64,000 bases of DNA from a virus, in the IMG/VR virus record IMGVR_UViG_3300042868_013845, positions 1-64,000 of that record, one strand, 5' to 3'. Made by a program: the position numbers and the translations under genes. Positions 18,541-28,821 of this stretch are shown here, piece after piece; position 1 is the stretch's first letter, and each line of letters opens with the position of its first letter. The notes beneath the pieces were generated by a model. That model saw only the letters and a list, made by a program, of their open reading frames with translations, was not told the DNA's origin and searched no databases.

Positions 18541-18578
18541 CTGCAGCTTATCTATGCCTGTTGATTTTGATTACTTAA
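18507..18578 (+). CDS. Putative leaderless micro-ORF, 23 aa (MHLRLNEMKTIAAAYLCLLILIT)
   Basis: Same promoter-to-ATG geometry as copy 1; 3' end overlaps the gp16 stop antisense. Confidence 0.35.
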   Translation: MHLRLNEMKTIAAAYLCLLILIT

Positions 18579-18992
18579 GAATTTTTGAAGTTCAGTAGTT
18601 GTACCAACAAAAATTGCATTGTTTGTTGTACTATTTGCCTCATTAGGCTTATTGCCTTTGATCAAAGTTTTACGCTGCTTTTGAAGATCAAGCAGCTGCT
18701 GATTCATTTCAGCACTTTGTTTGATCATATTGCCAAGCACCTCATATGCTCTAGGATGTTCAGCATCAGTAGCAAGTGCATGTAAGTTACTTATAACCTC
18801 ATCGCTTGTCTCGAGAAGTTTTTTCATGCGTACTCGAGCATATTCAAAATCATCTTGCGCATCACTTATTAGTGCTTCATCACTTGGCTCAGGCGTTAAA
18901 ATCTTTGGAGGAGCTGGAGCTGGCATCATAATCTCAAGCTGACCAGTCAAGTTTTTCATTAACTCACTTTTATGGGATTGGTCGGTTTTCAT
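18552..18992 (-). CDS. gp16: Terminase small subunit
   Basis: DDFEYAR, EHPRAYEVLG, TNNAIFVGTTTELQK. Confidence 0.93.
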   Translation of the reverse strand: MKTDQSHKSELMKNLTGQLEIMMPAPAPPKILTPEPSDEALISDAQDDFEYARVRMKKLLETSDEVISNLHALATDAEHPRAYEVLGNMIKQSAEMNQQLLDLQKQRKTLIKGNKPNEANSTTNNAIFVGTTTELQKFLSNQNQQA

Positions 18993-19776
18993 AAATTACA
19001 GGTATAGGAGGAAATTGTTCTCCAAAATATTCAATCTCAAAGCTTTCATCAAGAGATGTTTGATCCTCATAATGTGCACGTGTTCGTGTTGACTCTAGGG
19101 GATTTGCACTAGACTCACTATCAATATCAAAATAGCTAACATCAACTGCGGTAATTAATCCACCTCCACTGAGATTAACGGGTGAGCTAATGAATTTAAC
19201 ACGCACATCAAAGTCAAGTGTATAAATGACGGTTCGTCGACTATTTTCATAATCACCTTCATATGAGTCATCTTTGTTAACAGCAGTTAGACTAACAGGT
19301 ATATCAGTCAAACTATCGGGACCTTCTAGACCCTTTGCAGTAACACTATATGTTGGATTGAAATATGGCAGAATCTGTTCAACAATTTGCATTGCTTCGT
19401 CATGACCACGACTTATAATGCTAAGACTAAAGTTTAAGATATATGGCACAGCTTGCCATATTTTAACATTATTGCCATCGCCATCCTGCTGTACAGTGCG
19501 ATTCATACGATTAAGCTTTGTCTCTGTGTCGAGATTCATGCTTGTTATTTCAAAACTCATGCGAGGCAATTTGATACTAATAGCATCGCTTGGACCTTTA
19601 GCATTAATACGTGAGAGATAGCGTTCAATTGGTGCATAGGTTAATGGCACACGAACTGTACCAGAACCACCACCATTTTCGGCAGGACGTACAATCTTTA
19701 TATCATTAAAAAGTGTGCCAAAAATAGCTACAGTCTTTTTAATGGTTTTATTATAATAATATTCGCGACTCATCAT
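18970..19776 (-). CDS. gp15: Tail sheath stabilizer / completion protein
   Basis: FGTLFNDI, VPLTYAP, LPRMSFEI, QIVEQILPYFNP. Confidence 0.95.
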   Translation of the reverse strand: MMSREYYYNKTIKKTVAIFGTLFNDIKIVRPAENGGGSGTVRVPLTYAPIERYLSRINAKGPSDAISIKLPRMSFEITSMNLDTETKLNRMNRTVQQDGDGNNVKIWQAVPYILNFSLSIISRGHDEAMQIVEQILPYFNPTYSVTAKGLEGPDSLTDIPVSLTAVNKDDSYEGDYENSRRTVIYTLDFDVRVKFISSPVNLSGGGLITAVDVSYFDIDSESSANPLESTRTRAHYEDQTSLDESFEIEYFGEQFPPIPVIYENRPIP

Positions 19777-19779
19777 GGC

Positions 19780-20700
19780 TTAACTGGGCTCCCCAAATGG
19801 ATTATCTTCAGAGAAATCAATAAAATCCTCTTCAATTGCTGTTTGTTTGAATTTGCTATTTTGGCTCATGCGATCATTAGTGAATAGCAAATCATTATTG
19901 TCACCAATGACATAGCTATCTATAACTGTTGCAGTAGCACCTGATTTTGTGCCAGTAAAGACTGTGCCAACACCAAGTTGTGTGGGTGCACCGCTCATAA
20001 AGGTTGGCACACCAACAACTATTTGATTCTTATCTTCATCAAGTTTATATTTGTAGAATTTAACAAGACCGCTTGTTGTAAGATATGTGAATGTTAGACT
20101 TTCACCAGCAAGAAACTCACCAGTTGCAGTTGTAGAGTTATATTCAAAAATATTGCTATCGCTGTTATTATATTCAATGCTGTCAATCTCGTGCACACCT
20201 GTGTTTATGTTTTGACTTTCATATTCGAAAAGTTCACATGTGAGTGTCCAGATCGGTGCATCCTTTAGTTGTAAAAAGGGTTTTTCATTTGCCACATATT
20301 TGATTTCAAATAGTTTCTTAATTGGACTAAGCGGAAAGAATATCAAATCGCCTTCAGTTGGTCGATTGTTATTAGCTGCCATGCCATAGCGCCCAACGTC
20401 TTGAGTCCAACGACGTTTGCTAACTATAAGATTCATTTGATCTCTTATCTCAAGACCAAATTTACCAAGTAACTTGCCATCACCCTCATAGCCATCAATA
20501 CTTTCAACATACATTTCAATCTTAAAACTATGGCTGAAATTGCTTAGCAGATCTTCATTTAAGATATTATCCTTTGTTACAATATGACGTGGTATGTAAT
20601 AGACGTCCGTGCCATAGATCTTAATAGCCTCAATGATTAAATTTTCATAGAGTTCCTTTTCTGATCTCTGACCATTCTGGAAATATTGATTAGTAGGCAT
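19780..20700 (-). CDS. gp14: Neck protein
   Basis: LIIEAIKIYGTDVYYIPR, KFGLEIRD, RPTEGDLIFFP, DFSEDNPFG. Confidence 0.95.
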   Translation of the reverse strand: MPTNQYFQNGQRSEKELYENLIIEAIKIYGTDVYYIPRHIVTKDNILNEDLLSNFSHSFKIEMYVESIDGYEGDGKLLGKFGLEIRDQMNLIVSKRRWTQDVGRYGMAANNNRPTEGDLIFFPLSPIKKLFEIKYVANEKPFLQLKDAPIWTLTCELFEYESQNINTGVHEIDSIEYNNSDSNIFEYNSTTATGEFLAGESLTFTYLTTSGLVKFYKYKLDEDKNQIVVGVPTFMSGAPTQLGVGTVFTGTKSGATATVIDSYVIGDNNDLLFTNDRMSQNSKFKQTAIEEDFIDFSEDNPFGEPS

Positions 20701-20703
20701 AAT

Positions 20704-21453
20704 TTATCCAACAAAAAAGTCAACAGGATTGCTATAGAAAAGATCAAATCTTTCTTTAAGTTCTTTAAGATCTGTGACAGCATCGTCATAAATCTGACGA
20801 CCACTAATTGTCACACCACCTGGTAATTGCATGCCTTCAAACTTGCTAAGATTCTGACCCCATTGTTTTTTAATTAGCAGCGTTAATAGCTCTTTAAGAG
20901 CCATGTCATTATAAACATCTGGATAGCTATTAGGATCAACGCTTGTATAGCATTCAATAATAATAAAGTCACCAACCTTTGTTTTATCTCGCAATAGACC
21001 ATGAAATTCAATAGTGTCCATATGGCGAGCATAGCTTAATTGACCAGTATGACCAGTAATAATATTCTGCACAAGACTAATATATTGACTTGTCATCTCA
21101 TAGTTAATAATGCCGCCTGGATTTCTTAGGCCATATACGTCATTAAGAAACATCTGATATTTAGCACTAAACATACTTGCGCTGCTAGTATCATTAAAAC
21201 TAAGTATTCGTGTGACACTTAGTATATTCTCTGGCAAATTGCTAATCTTATTATTATCAAGATCAGGCTGAGTTATCTCGTGTTTAAGTAATGTACGCAC
21301 AACTGCATCACTATGATATTCTTGCCAGAATTGAATCGCTTCATCAATGCGATCTTCTAATTGATCATCATCAATATTAATCTCCATAACTGGTGCACCG
21401 AGTGCTCGCAAACAATAGTCGGCCAGTTCTTGTCTTGTACTAGGTCTTGCCAT
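20704..21453 (-). CDS. gp13: Neck protein
   Basis: YCLRALGAPVMEINIDDDQLEDRIDEA, KKQWGQNLSKFEGMQLPGGVT. Confidence 0.96.
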   Translation of the reverse strand: MARPSTRQELADYCLRALGAPVMEINIDDDQLEDRIDEAIQFWQEYHSDAVVRTLLKHEITQPDLDNNKISNLPENILSVTRILSFNDTSSASMFSAKYQMFLNDVYGLRNPGGIINYEMTSQYISLVQNIITGHTGQLSYARHMDTIEFHGLLRDKTKVGDFIIIECYTSVDPNSYPDVYNDMALKELLTLLIKKQWGQNLSKFEGMQLPGGVTISGRQIYDDAVTDLKELKERFDLFYSNPVDFFVG

Positions 21454-21468
21454 AAGACTATTTATGCC

Positions 21469-21783
21469 TTATTTAATAAACTTTTCAGGATCTTTCTGAA
21501 ACATTTTGCCAAGCTTAACAATGCCTGCAATGATCTCTGGTGTTATAACACCAATGATGCCATAGATAAGTGCTTTATGAAAACTACTAAGATCAGTGTG
21601 CTCTAATATAGTCCAGGCAATACTAGTAGTAACACTCGCACTGAATACACGTTTAAGCTGTTCAAATAGACTTAGCTTAACAGTACTACTCATAAGACGA
21701 GCAGCCATGGCCGCCGCACCAATCAATGCGATAATCCAACCGCGCTCAACAAATTCTTTGGCCAAAGCTTTAATATCTTCCAT
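21469..21783 (-). CDS. Small membrane protein, holin-like
   Basis: Two to three hydrophobic helices, basic C-terminus, own late promoter. Confidence 0.5.
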   Translation of the reverse strand: MEDIKALAKEFVERGWIIALIGAAAMAARLMSSTVKLSLFEQLKRVFSASVTTSIAWTILEHTDLSSFHKALIYGIIGVITPEIIAGIVKLGKMFQKDPEKFIK

Positions 21784-21799
21784 ATAAATACTATTTATA
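21783..21799. promoter_or_regulatory. Palindromic bidirectional late promoter
   Basis: TATAAATA-C-TATTTATA, a perfect inverted repeat between divergent ORFs. Confidence 0.75.
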
Positions 21800-21819
21800 A
21801 AAATAACAATATTAAGATT

Positions 21820-21987
21820 ATGAAACGTATATCTATCAATGACAATTACAAACAGCTATTCTGGAAACTCGGTTGTGGAACAGTTGAATATATCGAAATT
21901 TATAATGAGGATGGAGATAAACTATATTTTAAAGCCGGCTCAGGTCGGTTTCATATGTTAAGGGGGGAGCTAGCAGATTATCAATAA
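21820..21987 (+). CDS. Hypothetical 55-aa protein, absent from the ORF track
   Basis: Hand translation MKRISINDNYKQLFWKLGCGTVEYIEIYNEDGDKLYFKAGSGRFHMLRGELADYQ; fills an empty gap downstream of a + strand TATAAATA. Confidence 0.6.
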   Translation: MKRISINDNYKQLFWKLGCGTVEYIEIYNEDGDKLYFKAGSGRFHMLRGELADYQ

Positions 21988-22349
21988 GCTAGCTCAATTT
22001 TTTTCCAGGCACGGCCACCATTCTCAGCAAAATCTGCTGGCACAACATAGTCAGTATCATAAAGAATATCTTCAAGAATAACTGGCACTAATTGATAAAA
22101 CTCAAGTGCCGGAGTTGATCCTAATCCAGCTATTGCATTTAAAATGCTTATAACAGCATTTGTTGGAAACTCAGTGCTAATAATAGAACTTACACCAGAT
22201 ACAGTTGTTACTGCTAAGAAAAAAACAATCGGATATGCAAGCGGACTATAATCAATAGTATATGCTCCTAATTGGTTTAAAGCATTACGCGACTCGCTGA
22301 GAGTCGATGCTGTCATAAAATTATCAATATTTTGAGTTACTTGAGGCAT
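21981..22349 (-). CDS. Hypothetical late protein
   Basis: 122-aa ORF with CATAAATA 5 nt upstream. Confidence 0.65.
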   Translation of the reverse strand: MPQVTQNIDNFMTASTLSESRNALNQLGAYTIDYSPLAYPIVFFLAVTTVSGVSSIISTEFPTNAVISILNAIAGLGSTPALEFYQLVPVILEDILYDTDYVVPADFAENGGRAWKKIELAY

Positions 22350-22384
22350 AATGTTATTTATGTTTTTAATTTATTAGTAATTAC

Positions 22385-22810
22385 TTATGGAACTGCAGGA
22401 TAATTTGTTGTCTTTACATATGCAGCGGTAATTTTTGCTGCAGAGAAACTATTATTCCAGGTTGTTGCCAACCAAGGATATTGCTCATAACTATAAGCTC
22501 GTGCAATTTCTCCAAGAGTCGTATTTAAATATAGCCAAACACCTGTTTCATATCTTACAACTTCATCACCGTAAACATATGTTTCATTGCCATATGGCGC
22601 ATATCCAATAGGAGCCATTTTTCTCCAACTTTGACCACCGATAAATCCAGAATTTGGCTCACCTGGTGTATTATACCATGGTCCGTCCATTAGTACCCAC
22701 GCTGTAGCATCCGGTTCGGCAGCATTTGCAGGATTATCACTGCCAATTCCAAATGCACCCGAGCTAACATTATAGCCAGTTGAACTAGATTTTGTTGATC
22801 GTAATCGCAT
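22385..22810 (-). CDS. Hypothetical, probably virion-associated (Trp/Tyr/Gly-rich)
   Basis: 141-aa ORF in a late operon. Confidence 0.6.
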   Translation of the reverse strand: MRLRSTKSSSTGYNVSSGAFGIGSDNPANAAEPDATAWVLMDGPWYNTPGEPNSGFIGGQSWRKMAPIGYAPYGNETYVYGDEVVRYETGVWLYLNTTLGEIARAYSYEQYPWLATTWNNSFSAAKITAAYVKTTNYPAVP

Positions 22811-22811
22811 C

Positions 22812-23123
22812 TTAGTCCAATTCGCTTACTTCAAGAACTGCATCAGAACCTCCCCCACGTATAATTGCAATTTGTGCATTAAGTGGTACACGTAGATCGA
22901 GACGTTCATCTTGTGCAATAAAATGACTTGCTGATGTTGCAGTTTGAGTTACTATACCAATAAGATAACGTACACTACCACCTGTTGCACGAATACTAAT
23001 ACGTCGGCAAGTTGGTGTTAGAAAAGTATTTGAACTGCTTGCACCAGCTGTAAGCTGACGCGAAATAACAGGTTGACCTAAAAGATCTCTAACAGCTTTT
23101 TGAAGATAGTCTAATGATTCCAT
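22812..23123 (-). CDS. Hypothetical small beta-rich late protein
   Basis: 103-aa ORF, TATAAATA at 23130-23137. Confidence 0.65.
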   Translation of the reverse strand: MESLDYLQKAVRDLLGQPVISRQLTAGASSSNTFLTPTCRRISIRATGGSVRYLIGIVTQTATSASHFIAQDERLDLRVPLNAQIAIIRGGGSDAVLEVSELD

Positions 23124-23140
23124 ATATGCTATTTATAAAA

Positions 23141-23554
23141 TTATATCGGCTCACTCATATCTGGCAACGGAGGCTCTGGGTTTACAACCTCTTCAATTAC
23201 TTGAGACTCAACAATAAGTTCAGGCTCAACTACAGGCTGTGTAATTACTACTACTCCATCATCAATACTAAATGCCTTTAATGCACCAGTTTTGCAAACA
23301 GGAGAAACACCATATCTTTGTAGAATAGAGTTAGTCATAGTCGCATAATATTCATGATCTTCAAACAGAGTTGCCAAATTGCCATCATCCAACAGCGCTT
23401 GTAAGAACTCTTGAAGTTCGTTATCAGGCTTAGACCAAAAGTCGGCATGAGCGCGATTAAGACATTCTGCAAATGAAATCAAAGAGCGTACACATGTATC
23501 TCCATGCGCCTCGACTGCTGCTAATTGTTTTTGTGTTTTAGTTGTTAGGTTCAT
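23141..23554 (-). CDS. Hypothetical, possible tail fibre chaperone
   Basis: Directly downstream of the long fibre gene; function inferred from position only. Confidence 0.5.
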   Translation of the reverse strand: MNLTTKTQKQLAAVEAHGDTCVRSLISFAECLNRAHADFWSKPDNELQEFLQALLDDGNLATLFEDHEYYATMTNSILQRYGVSPVCKTGALKAFSIDDGVVVITQPVVEPELIVESQVIEEVVNPEPPLPDMSEPI

Positions 23555-23559
23555 ATCTT

Positions 23560-26500
23560 TTAATCTATAAATGTTTGAAATGGGAAGTAATCTAATTGTC
23601 TTACATCAAATCTTGCTATTGTCGTAGTTGCTAGAGTATTAACACTATTTCCGTAAATATGAGTTCCAAAATAAATGTTAGTAAATTTATCATTTAATGT
23701 TGATACTCCAGTCATTGTAATTGTTGGAGTTGATGGTGGTTTTGGTACATCTTTAGGATTGCCAAATGTAACTATATCACCATTTCTATCGACGAATAAT
23801 CTTAATTTATCAGTTGCCGCATTATAGTCAATGACTGCTTGAAAAAAGTTATTATATGAAGATATAATATTGCCCTTTGGAAAGCTTGTCCACGCTGAAT
23901 AGGTAATCAATCCATTGTTCATATATCCAAGCCTAACTTTCAAATAGCCATCACTTGGATCAGCCCCAAAATCCATAAATATGCAATTGTTTAATGCGGT
24001 AGGGCTATTAGCTAAGTTTATCGCAATAGGCACACCAGCTACATAAGCTTTTGTTAGAGCATTACTTATGACTAAGTTAAATCCACTTATAGGTCCATTT
24101 ATAATGTTAGTGATTGTTGTTCCTCCTGTAATTCCGCGACCATATGCATAGGAGCTTAATACATTTTTTGCAATAAATCCACAGCCCTGACCTGTTGCAG
24201 TAGCTGTCGCATTTTGATCAACATAAATTCTTTGATACCCAAAATAAAGAGCAACACCAGAACCAGAACTTGTAATCATTTGATTCAATGTAATGGTTGT
24301 TCCAGATACAGACTGCACAGTTGTATTTTGTGGAATGCCTAGTCCACTTACAGTTTGACCTGCAATAATATTGTTTGCAACGCCAACGACGATTTGATTT
24401 GTTCCTGGTCCAGTCCATGTGCCAGTGGTAGTGGTAGGTGTTCCTGTTGCGTTATCACATCTTAAAACACTTAAAGCGGTAGCACTAACTGGAAAATTTG
24501 CACATGCTGCATAAAATGTAGTGCCATTTGCGTTGCTAATACTAGCATTTGTAGTAGTGAGAATAAAATACGGCTGACCGCTCCACATATTAACAACACC
24601 TGTGCTTACAATGTTAGAGTTTATTTGTAAAGATGTAGCACCAATAGATGCCCCAACTGGGGTATTAAACGACTCTCTAGCATTTGGGCATTCTAATGTA
24701 TAGTTTGCAACTAAGTTGCTTGTGCCGAGAACTACTCTTGCTATTTGATCAGGTGAAAATACAACAGTATGAGGAGTGGTTGGAGTAGATGAAGCTGCTT
24801 GTGTAGCAGTCACACTTGTGCCGCTGACTGCGCTTACATAAGTTTCTTCTGGAAAAGCGGAAGACCAAATTCTATGACCTACTGAAATTGCATGATTAGA
24901 AGTAGAAATTGTAAAAGTAGTGCTGCCACTGGTAATATTATTTGATGTAAGCGTATTGTTAACCATTAAACTGTAAAAACCAAAAGAAACAGCAAAAGAA
25001 GATGGAATACTCCAAGAAGCTCCTTGACCTGGATTCGAAGTCATGCCAGTTTCACCAAATGAACCAGCCCTGCCTATAGCAGAAGTTCCACATGCAACAC
25101 TATACAACATTCCAGAGTTACCGCCCGAAGCACTAAAAGAAGTTCCAACGGCAGAGGAAAGGTTATATGGGATTCGACGTTTTTGCCATACACTCCACAT
25201 ATCGTCTCTTGCACTTGTTTTTTGTGTAAGGATTCGAGTGTTGTCAGCAACTGAAAGAGTTTGGTTTGGTAATGAATTAGTTGTACCAGATGCAGTTAAA
25301 TCGCCTGTTATATTAAGCGAAGCTCCAGTTGCTGCTCCAATATTTGGCGTTACAAGTGTCGGCGTATTTGCAAAAACTAATGCGCCTGTTCCCGTTTCAT
25401 CTGTAACAGCAGCAGCTAAGTTCGCGCTTGTGGGAGTTGCAAGAAATGTTGCAACATTTGATGCTGGATTATAATTACTAGTAATGATGGTTCCAGATGC
25501 ACTTATGTTTCCAGATACTGTTAGTTTTTCAGCAGGTGATGTCGTACCAATCCCAACATTGCCACCATTAGCTTGCAAAGATAAGTTATAAAATACTACA
25601 CTATCATTTCTACCAGCTTGTAACCACGACCACCCAGAACCATTAACTCCACCATATAACCCGTAAAGTCTATCTACAGAAGTTATAGCAAACGCTCCAG
25701 TAGCACTACCATTTAAAGGAGTAGAATTATTTACTAATGGTGTAACCTGTAAATTAACACCTGGTGATGTTGTTCCAATGCCAACTTTACCAGCAGCAAA
25801 ATTATGAACTGTTGTTGAAGCGTTACCATAATTGATTGTTGTAAAATATGTAGCCGCTCCTAGTGTTAATGAATTAGTTCCTTGAGTGAGAACTTGCTGT
25901 GCGTTTAAATATAATATGCTACCATTACATAGTATATTACCACTAATTTTAGCAGCTCCAACTACATCCAGTGTGTAGCCAGCTGTAGGTGTTATCGTAC
26001 CAATACCGACACTGCCTGTATTTGAAATTACGGCTCTATCAATATTATTAGTTCTAAAAATAATACCATTATTTGTTGTAACATCTAATGCAACGTTTCC
26101 TAAGCCTGTATAGTTTGGTGTTATGTCAAATACAACACCGCTTCTGTCAAATCTTGATATTCCTTCACTAACGTGGAATTTTGTCGCAGGTGATGCAGTA
26201 CCAATACCAACATTACCTCCATTTAAAAATGAATTACCATTTGTATTTAAAGCTAATTCTGGGGAACCTAATGACGTTCCATTTCTATAACCGTTCCAAA
26301 CAAAATCACCTGCTCCATTTTGAGTGAATAATGAATTTGTATTTCCATTATCATTTTGTGTTTGTAAAAGCCAATTTACACTGTCATTATCATTTCTAAT
26401 AACCAATTTAGCAGTACCTGGAGTTGCGGTTCCAATCCCAACTCTATTATTAGCGCTATCTACAAACAATGTATTTGTATCAACTGTTAAATTTCCAGAG

Positions 26501-28809
26501 AGTGATAGTGAAGTTCCAGTTGCTGCTCCAATGTTAGGCGCCACAAGAGTCTTATTTGTTAATGTAGCATTCCCATCAACAGTAACCAATCCACTGCCTG
26601 TATTTGTTGTTGTAGATAATGCAGACGACACCCCTGTTCCAAGACCAGTAATGCTGCCAACAGCGGGAGTAATTGTTGAACTGCTTGCACTCGTAACAAG
26701 TCCTTTATCATTTACTGTTACTATTGCACTTTGTGTTGAGCTGCCATATGTGTTGGGTGTTACACCACTGGCTACAAGATTTATGCCGTTACTGTCAGCA
26801 ACGATTGCTCCACCAACTGGTGTCTTAACACTAAAGAGTGTGCCATCACGTTGTAAACCAACGCCTGCATCATATGCTCCACTGCCGCTAAATTGTACAA
26901 AGATAACAGGACTAACACCTACACTTGTTACAGGCTCGCTGCATATCCATCCAGTGTCGGCGTGTATTGTGCCGTGAGTAACAAATACAAAATCTCCACC
27001 ATTCATTTTGGCTGGAGTATCGGCATCGGTTGCACGTGTTAATTCACGTGTTGCGCTGATTGTATATATGCCATTCCATGCGGCATTAGTTTCACCTGCT
27101 ATAATTACACGCCCGCCAATTGTCAAGTCAGGATCATTTCCGCATGCAGTATTTAATGCATCAACAACACTCGTTCCTCCTGTCACTATAAGTTTTGCAC
27201 CAACTCCATCGTTTCCATTTGTGTAGGCGACAGTGCCACCAGTTGCAGCTGCTAGTGTGCTGTTTTTAAGTATAACATGAACTTCAGCGTGAACGTGAAT
27301 GCCTGCTGCAGTATTATCAACATATGCTTTATTTACTGCAGCTGAACTTGAAGAGTCGACTGTTAAGTTTGGAACAAGTGGTGAACTGCTAAAAGTTTTA
27401 ACACCGTCGATGTGTTGGGCTCCACTTGTTGCTACCGCATCAGTTATGTTATATCCTGCGACTGTGCTCGGCTTATTTAAGATCTGTGCATCTCCACTTG
27501 TTGCACTCCAATCTGCATTTACATTGACTTCTGCTCCTGCTGCAATTCCATCTAATTTTGACTTTTCAGTTAAAGTATAATTTTCATCAGACAGACCTTT
27601 GCCAGTGACGACATCAACTTTATTATTTAATGCAGTTTGTGCTGCGCTGCTAATTGGTTTATTAGCATCGCTTGTATTATCAACATTGTCTAATCCAACA
27701 TCGCTCTTACTTAATGTAATATCACCAACACGAGTATTAATGCTTTGTATTGGTGCAGCAGCGCTTGCAGCACTACTAAAATCGGTTATATCTGATGAGG
27801 CATGAGAGTGTCCAACATTTGATTTATTGTTTAATGTAGTTTGTACATATAAGTCATATGCTGGAGAACCAATCTCTGGTTCAAATTCTGTCCAATAGCT
27901 AGTGCCTGGTGGATAACCTGGATTTGCTCCTAGTACTCTTATATAGAGAATTCCAGCATAGAGCACAACATCACCTGGATTATAATCAGCTCCATTATTA
28001 TATGTGCCAAGATAATTTACACTCTCAGGTTGTAATGCACTATCAGCAAGATCACCTTGTGCAGCTGTTGCAAAATCACTAGTTGAGGCTGCAGCAGCAG
28101 TTCCAAGAGTTGGCTTATTTAAGATTGCAGAGTCTCCACTTGTAGCAGTCCAATCTGCATTTACATTGACTTCTGCACCTGCAGCAATGCCCGCTAATTT
28201 TGACTTTTCGACTGACGTATAATTTTCGTCAGATAGACCTTTGCCAACAACTATATCAACTTTATTATTTAGCGCAGTTTGTGTTGCGCTACTAATCGGT
28301 TTATTGGCATCACTCGTGTTATCAACATTACCTAATCCAACATCGCTCTTAGTTAAGACAATTGCACCACCACGAGTATTAACACTTTGAACAGGAGCAG
28401 CTGCGCTTGCAGCTGCATTAAAATCTGTTATATTTGATGCACTATGAGTATGACCTACATTGCTTTTATTATTTAGTGCAGTTTGAGTCGCTGTACTTAT
28501 TGGTTTTTCTGCATCACTTGTATTATTAAGTCTGTCAATATTTAAAGCAGTACGATGAGCAAGCAATGAATTTGCACTATAGCTATAGTTTTGTGCGTTT
28601 AATGTTAAACTATTACCAATAGTTAATCCTGATATCGAAATAATTGCAGTACCATCACTTTGTGTTAACGAAGTAATAGTGTTTGGACCAGGAGGACCTT
28701 GTGTGCCATTTTGAAATAATGGACCAATATAATTTCCAGCCTGTTGTAATGCTGGCGTAATCAAATTAGGATTATTATTAATTAAAACTGGTGGTAATAT
28801 TTCAGGCAT
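23560..28809 (-). CDS. Long tail fibre / receptor-binding protein
   Basis: 1749 aa, G/S/T/N-rich; VGLGNVDNTSDANKPIS fibre repeats, repeated (G)NVGIGT motifs, AVNKAYVD. Confidence 0.88.
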   Translation of the reverse strand: MPEILPPVLINNNPNLITPALQQAGNYIGPLFQNGTQGPPGPNTITSLTQSDGTAIISISGLTIGNSLTLNAQNYSYSANSLLAHRTALNIDRLNNTSDAEKPISTATQTALNNKSNVGHTHSASNITDFNAAASAAAPVQSVNTRGGAIVLTKSDVGLGNVDNTSDANKPISSATQTALNNKVDIVVGKGLSDENYTSVEKSKLAGIAAGAEVNVNADWTATSGDSAILNKPTLGTAAAASTSDFATAAQGDLADSALQPESVNYLGTYNNGADYNPGDVVLYAGILYIRVLGANPGYPPGTSYWTEFEPEIGSPAYDLYVQTTLNNKSNVGHSHASSDITDFSSAASAAAPIQSINTRVGDITLSKSDVGLDNVDNTSDANKPISSAAQTALNNKVDVVTGKGLSDENYTLTEKSKLDGIAAGAEVNVNADWSATSGDAQILNKPSTVAGYNITDAVATSGAQHIDGVKTFSSSPLVPNLTVDSSSSAAVNKAYVDNTAAGIHVHAEVHVILKNSTLAAATGGTVAYTNGNDGVGAKLIVTGGTSVVDALNTACGNDPDLTIGGRVIIAGETNAAWNGIYTISATRELTRATDADTPAKMNGGDFVFVTHGTIHADTGWICSEPVTSVGVSPVIFVQFSGSGAYDAGVGLQRDGTLFSVKTPVGGAIVADSNGINLVASGVTPNTYGSSTQSAIVTVNDKGLVTSASSSTITPAVGSITGLGTGVSSALSTTTNTGSGLVTVDGNATLTNKTLVAPNIGAATGTSLSLSGNLTVDTNTLFVDSANNRVGIGTATPGTAKLVIRNDNDSVNWLLQTQNDNGNTNSLFTQNGAGDFVWNGYRNGTSLGSPELALNTNGNSFLNGGNVGIGTASPATKFHVSEGISRFDRSGVVFDITPNYTGLGNVALDVTTNNGIIFRTNNIDRAVISNTGSVGIGTITPTAGYTLDVVGAAKISGNILCNGSILYLNAQQVLTQGTNSLTLGAATYFTTINYGNASTTVHNFAAGKVGIGTTSPGVNLQVTPLVNNSTPLNGSATGAFAITSVDRLYGLYGGVNGSGWSWLQAGRNDSVVFYNLSLQANGGNVGIGTTSPAEKLTVSGNISASGTIITSNYNPASNVATFLATPTSANLAAAVTDETGTGALVFANTPTLVTPNIGAATGASLNITGDLTASGTTNSLPNQTLSVADNTRILTQKTSARDDMWSVWQKRRIPYNLSSAVGTSFSASGGNSGMLYSVACGTSAIGRAGSFGETGMTSNPGQGASWSIPSSFAVSFGFYSLMVNNTLTSNNITSGSTTFTISTSNHAISVGHRIWSSAFPEETYVSAVSGTSVTATQAASSTPTTPHTVVFSPDQIARVVLGTSNLVANYTLECPNARESFNTPVGASIGATSLQINSNIVSTGVVNMWSGQPYFILTTTNASISNANGTTFYAACANFPVSATALSVLRCDNATGTPTTTTGTWTGPGTNQIVVGVANNIIAGQTVSGLGIPQNTTVQSVSGTTITLNQMITSSGSGVALYFGYQRIYVDQNATATATGQGCGFIAKNVLSSYAYGRGITGGTTITNIINGPISGFNLVISNALTKAYVAGVPIAINLANSPTALNNCIFMDFGADPSDGYLKVRLGYMNNGLITYSAWTSFPKGNIISSYNNFFQAVIDYNAATDKLRLFVDRNGDIVTFGNPKDVPKPPSTPTITMTGVSTLNDKFTNIYFGTHIYGNSVNTLATTTIARFDVRQLDYFPFQTFID
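27469..28473 (-). repeat. Two ~363-bp imperfect direct repeats in the fibre gene (27469-27831 and 28111-28473)
   Basis: NNKSNVGHxH...GKGLSDENYT...AGAEVNVNADW...ILNKP occurs twice. Confidence 0.85.
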
Positions 28810-28821
28810 AACTTTTTAGTT

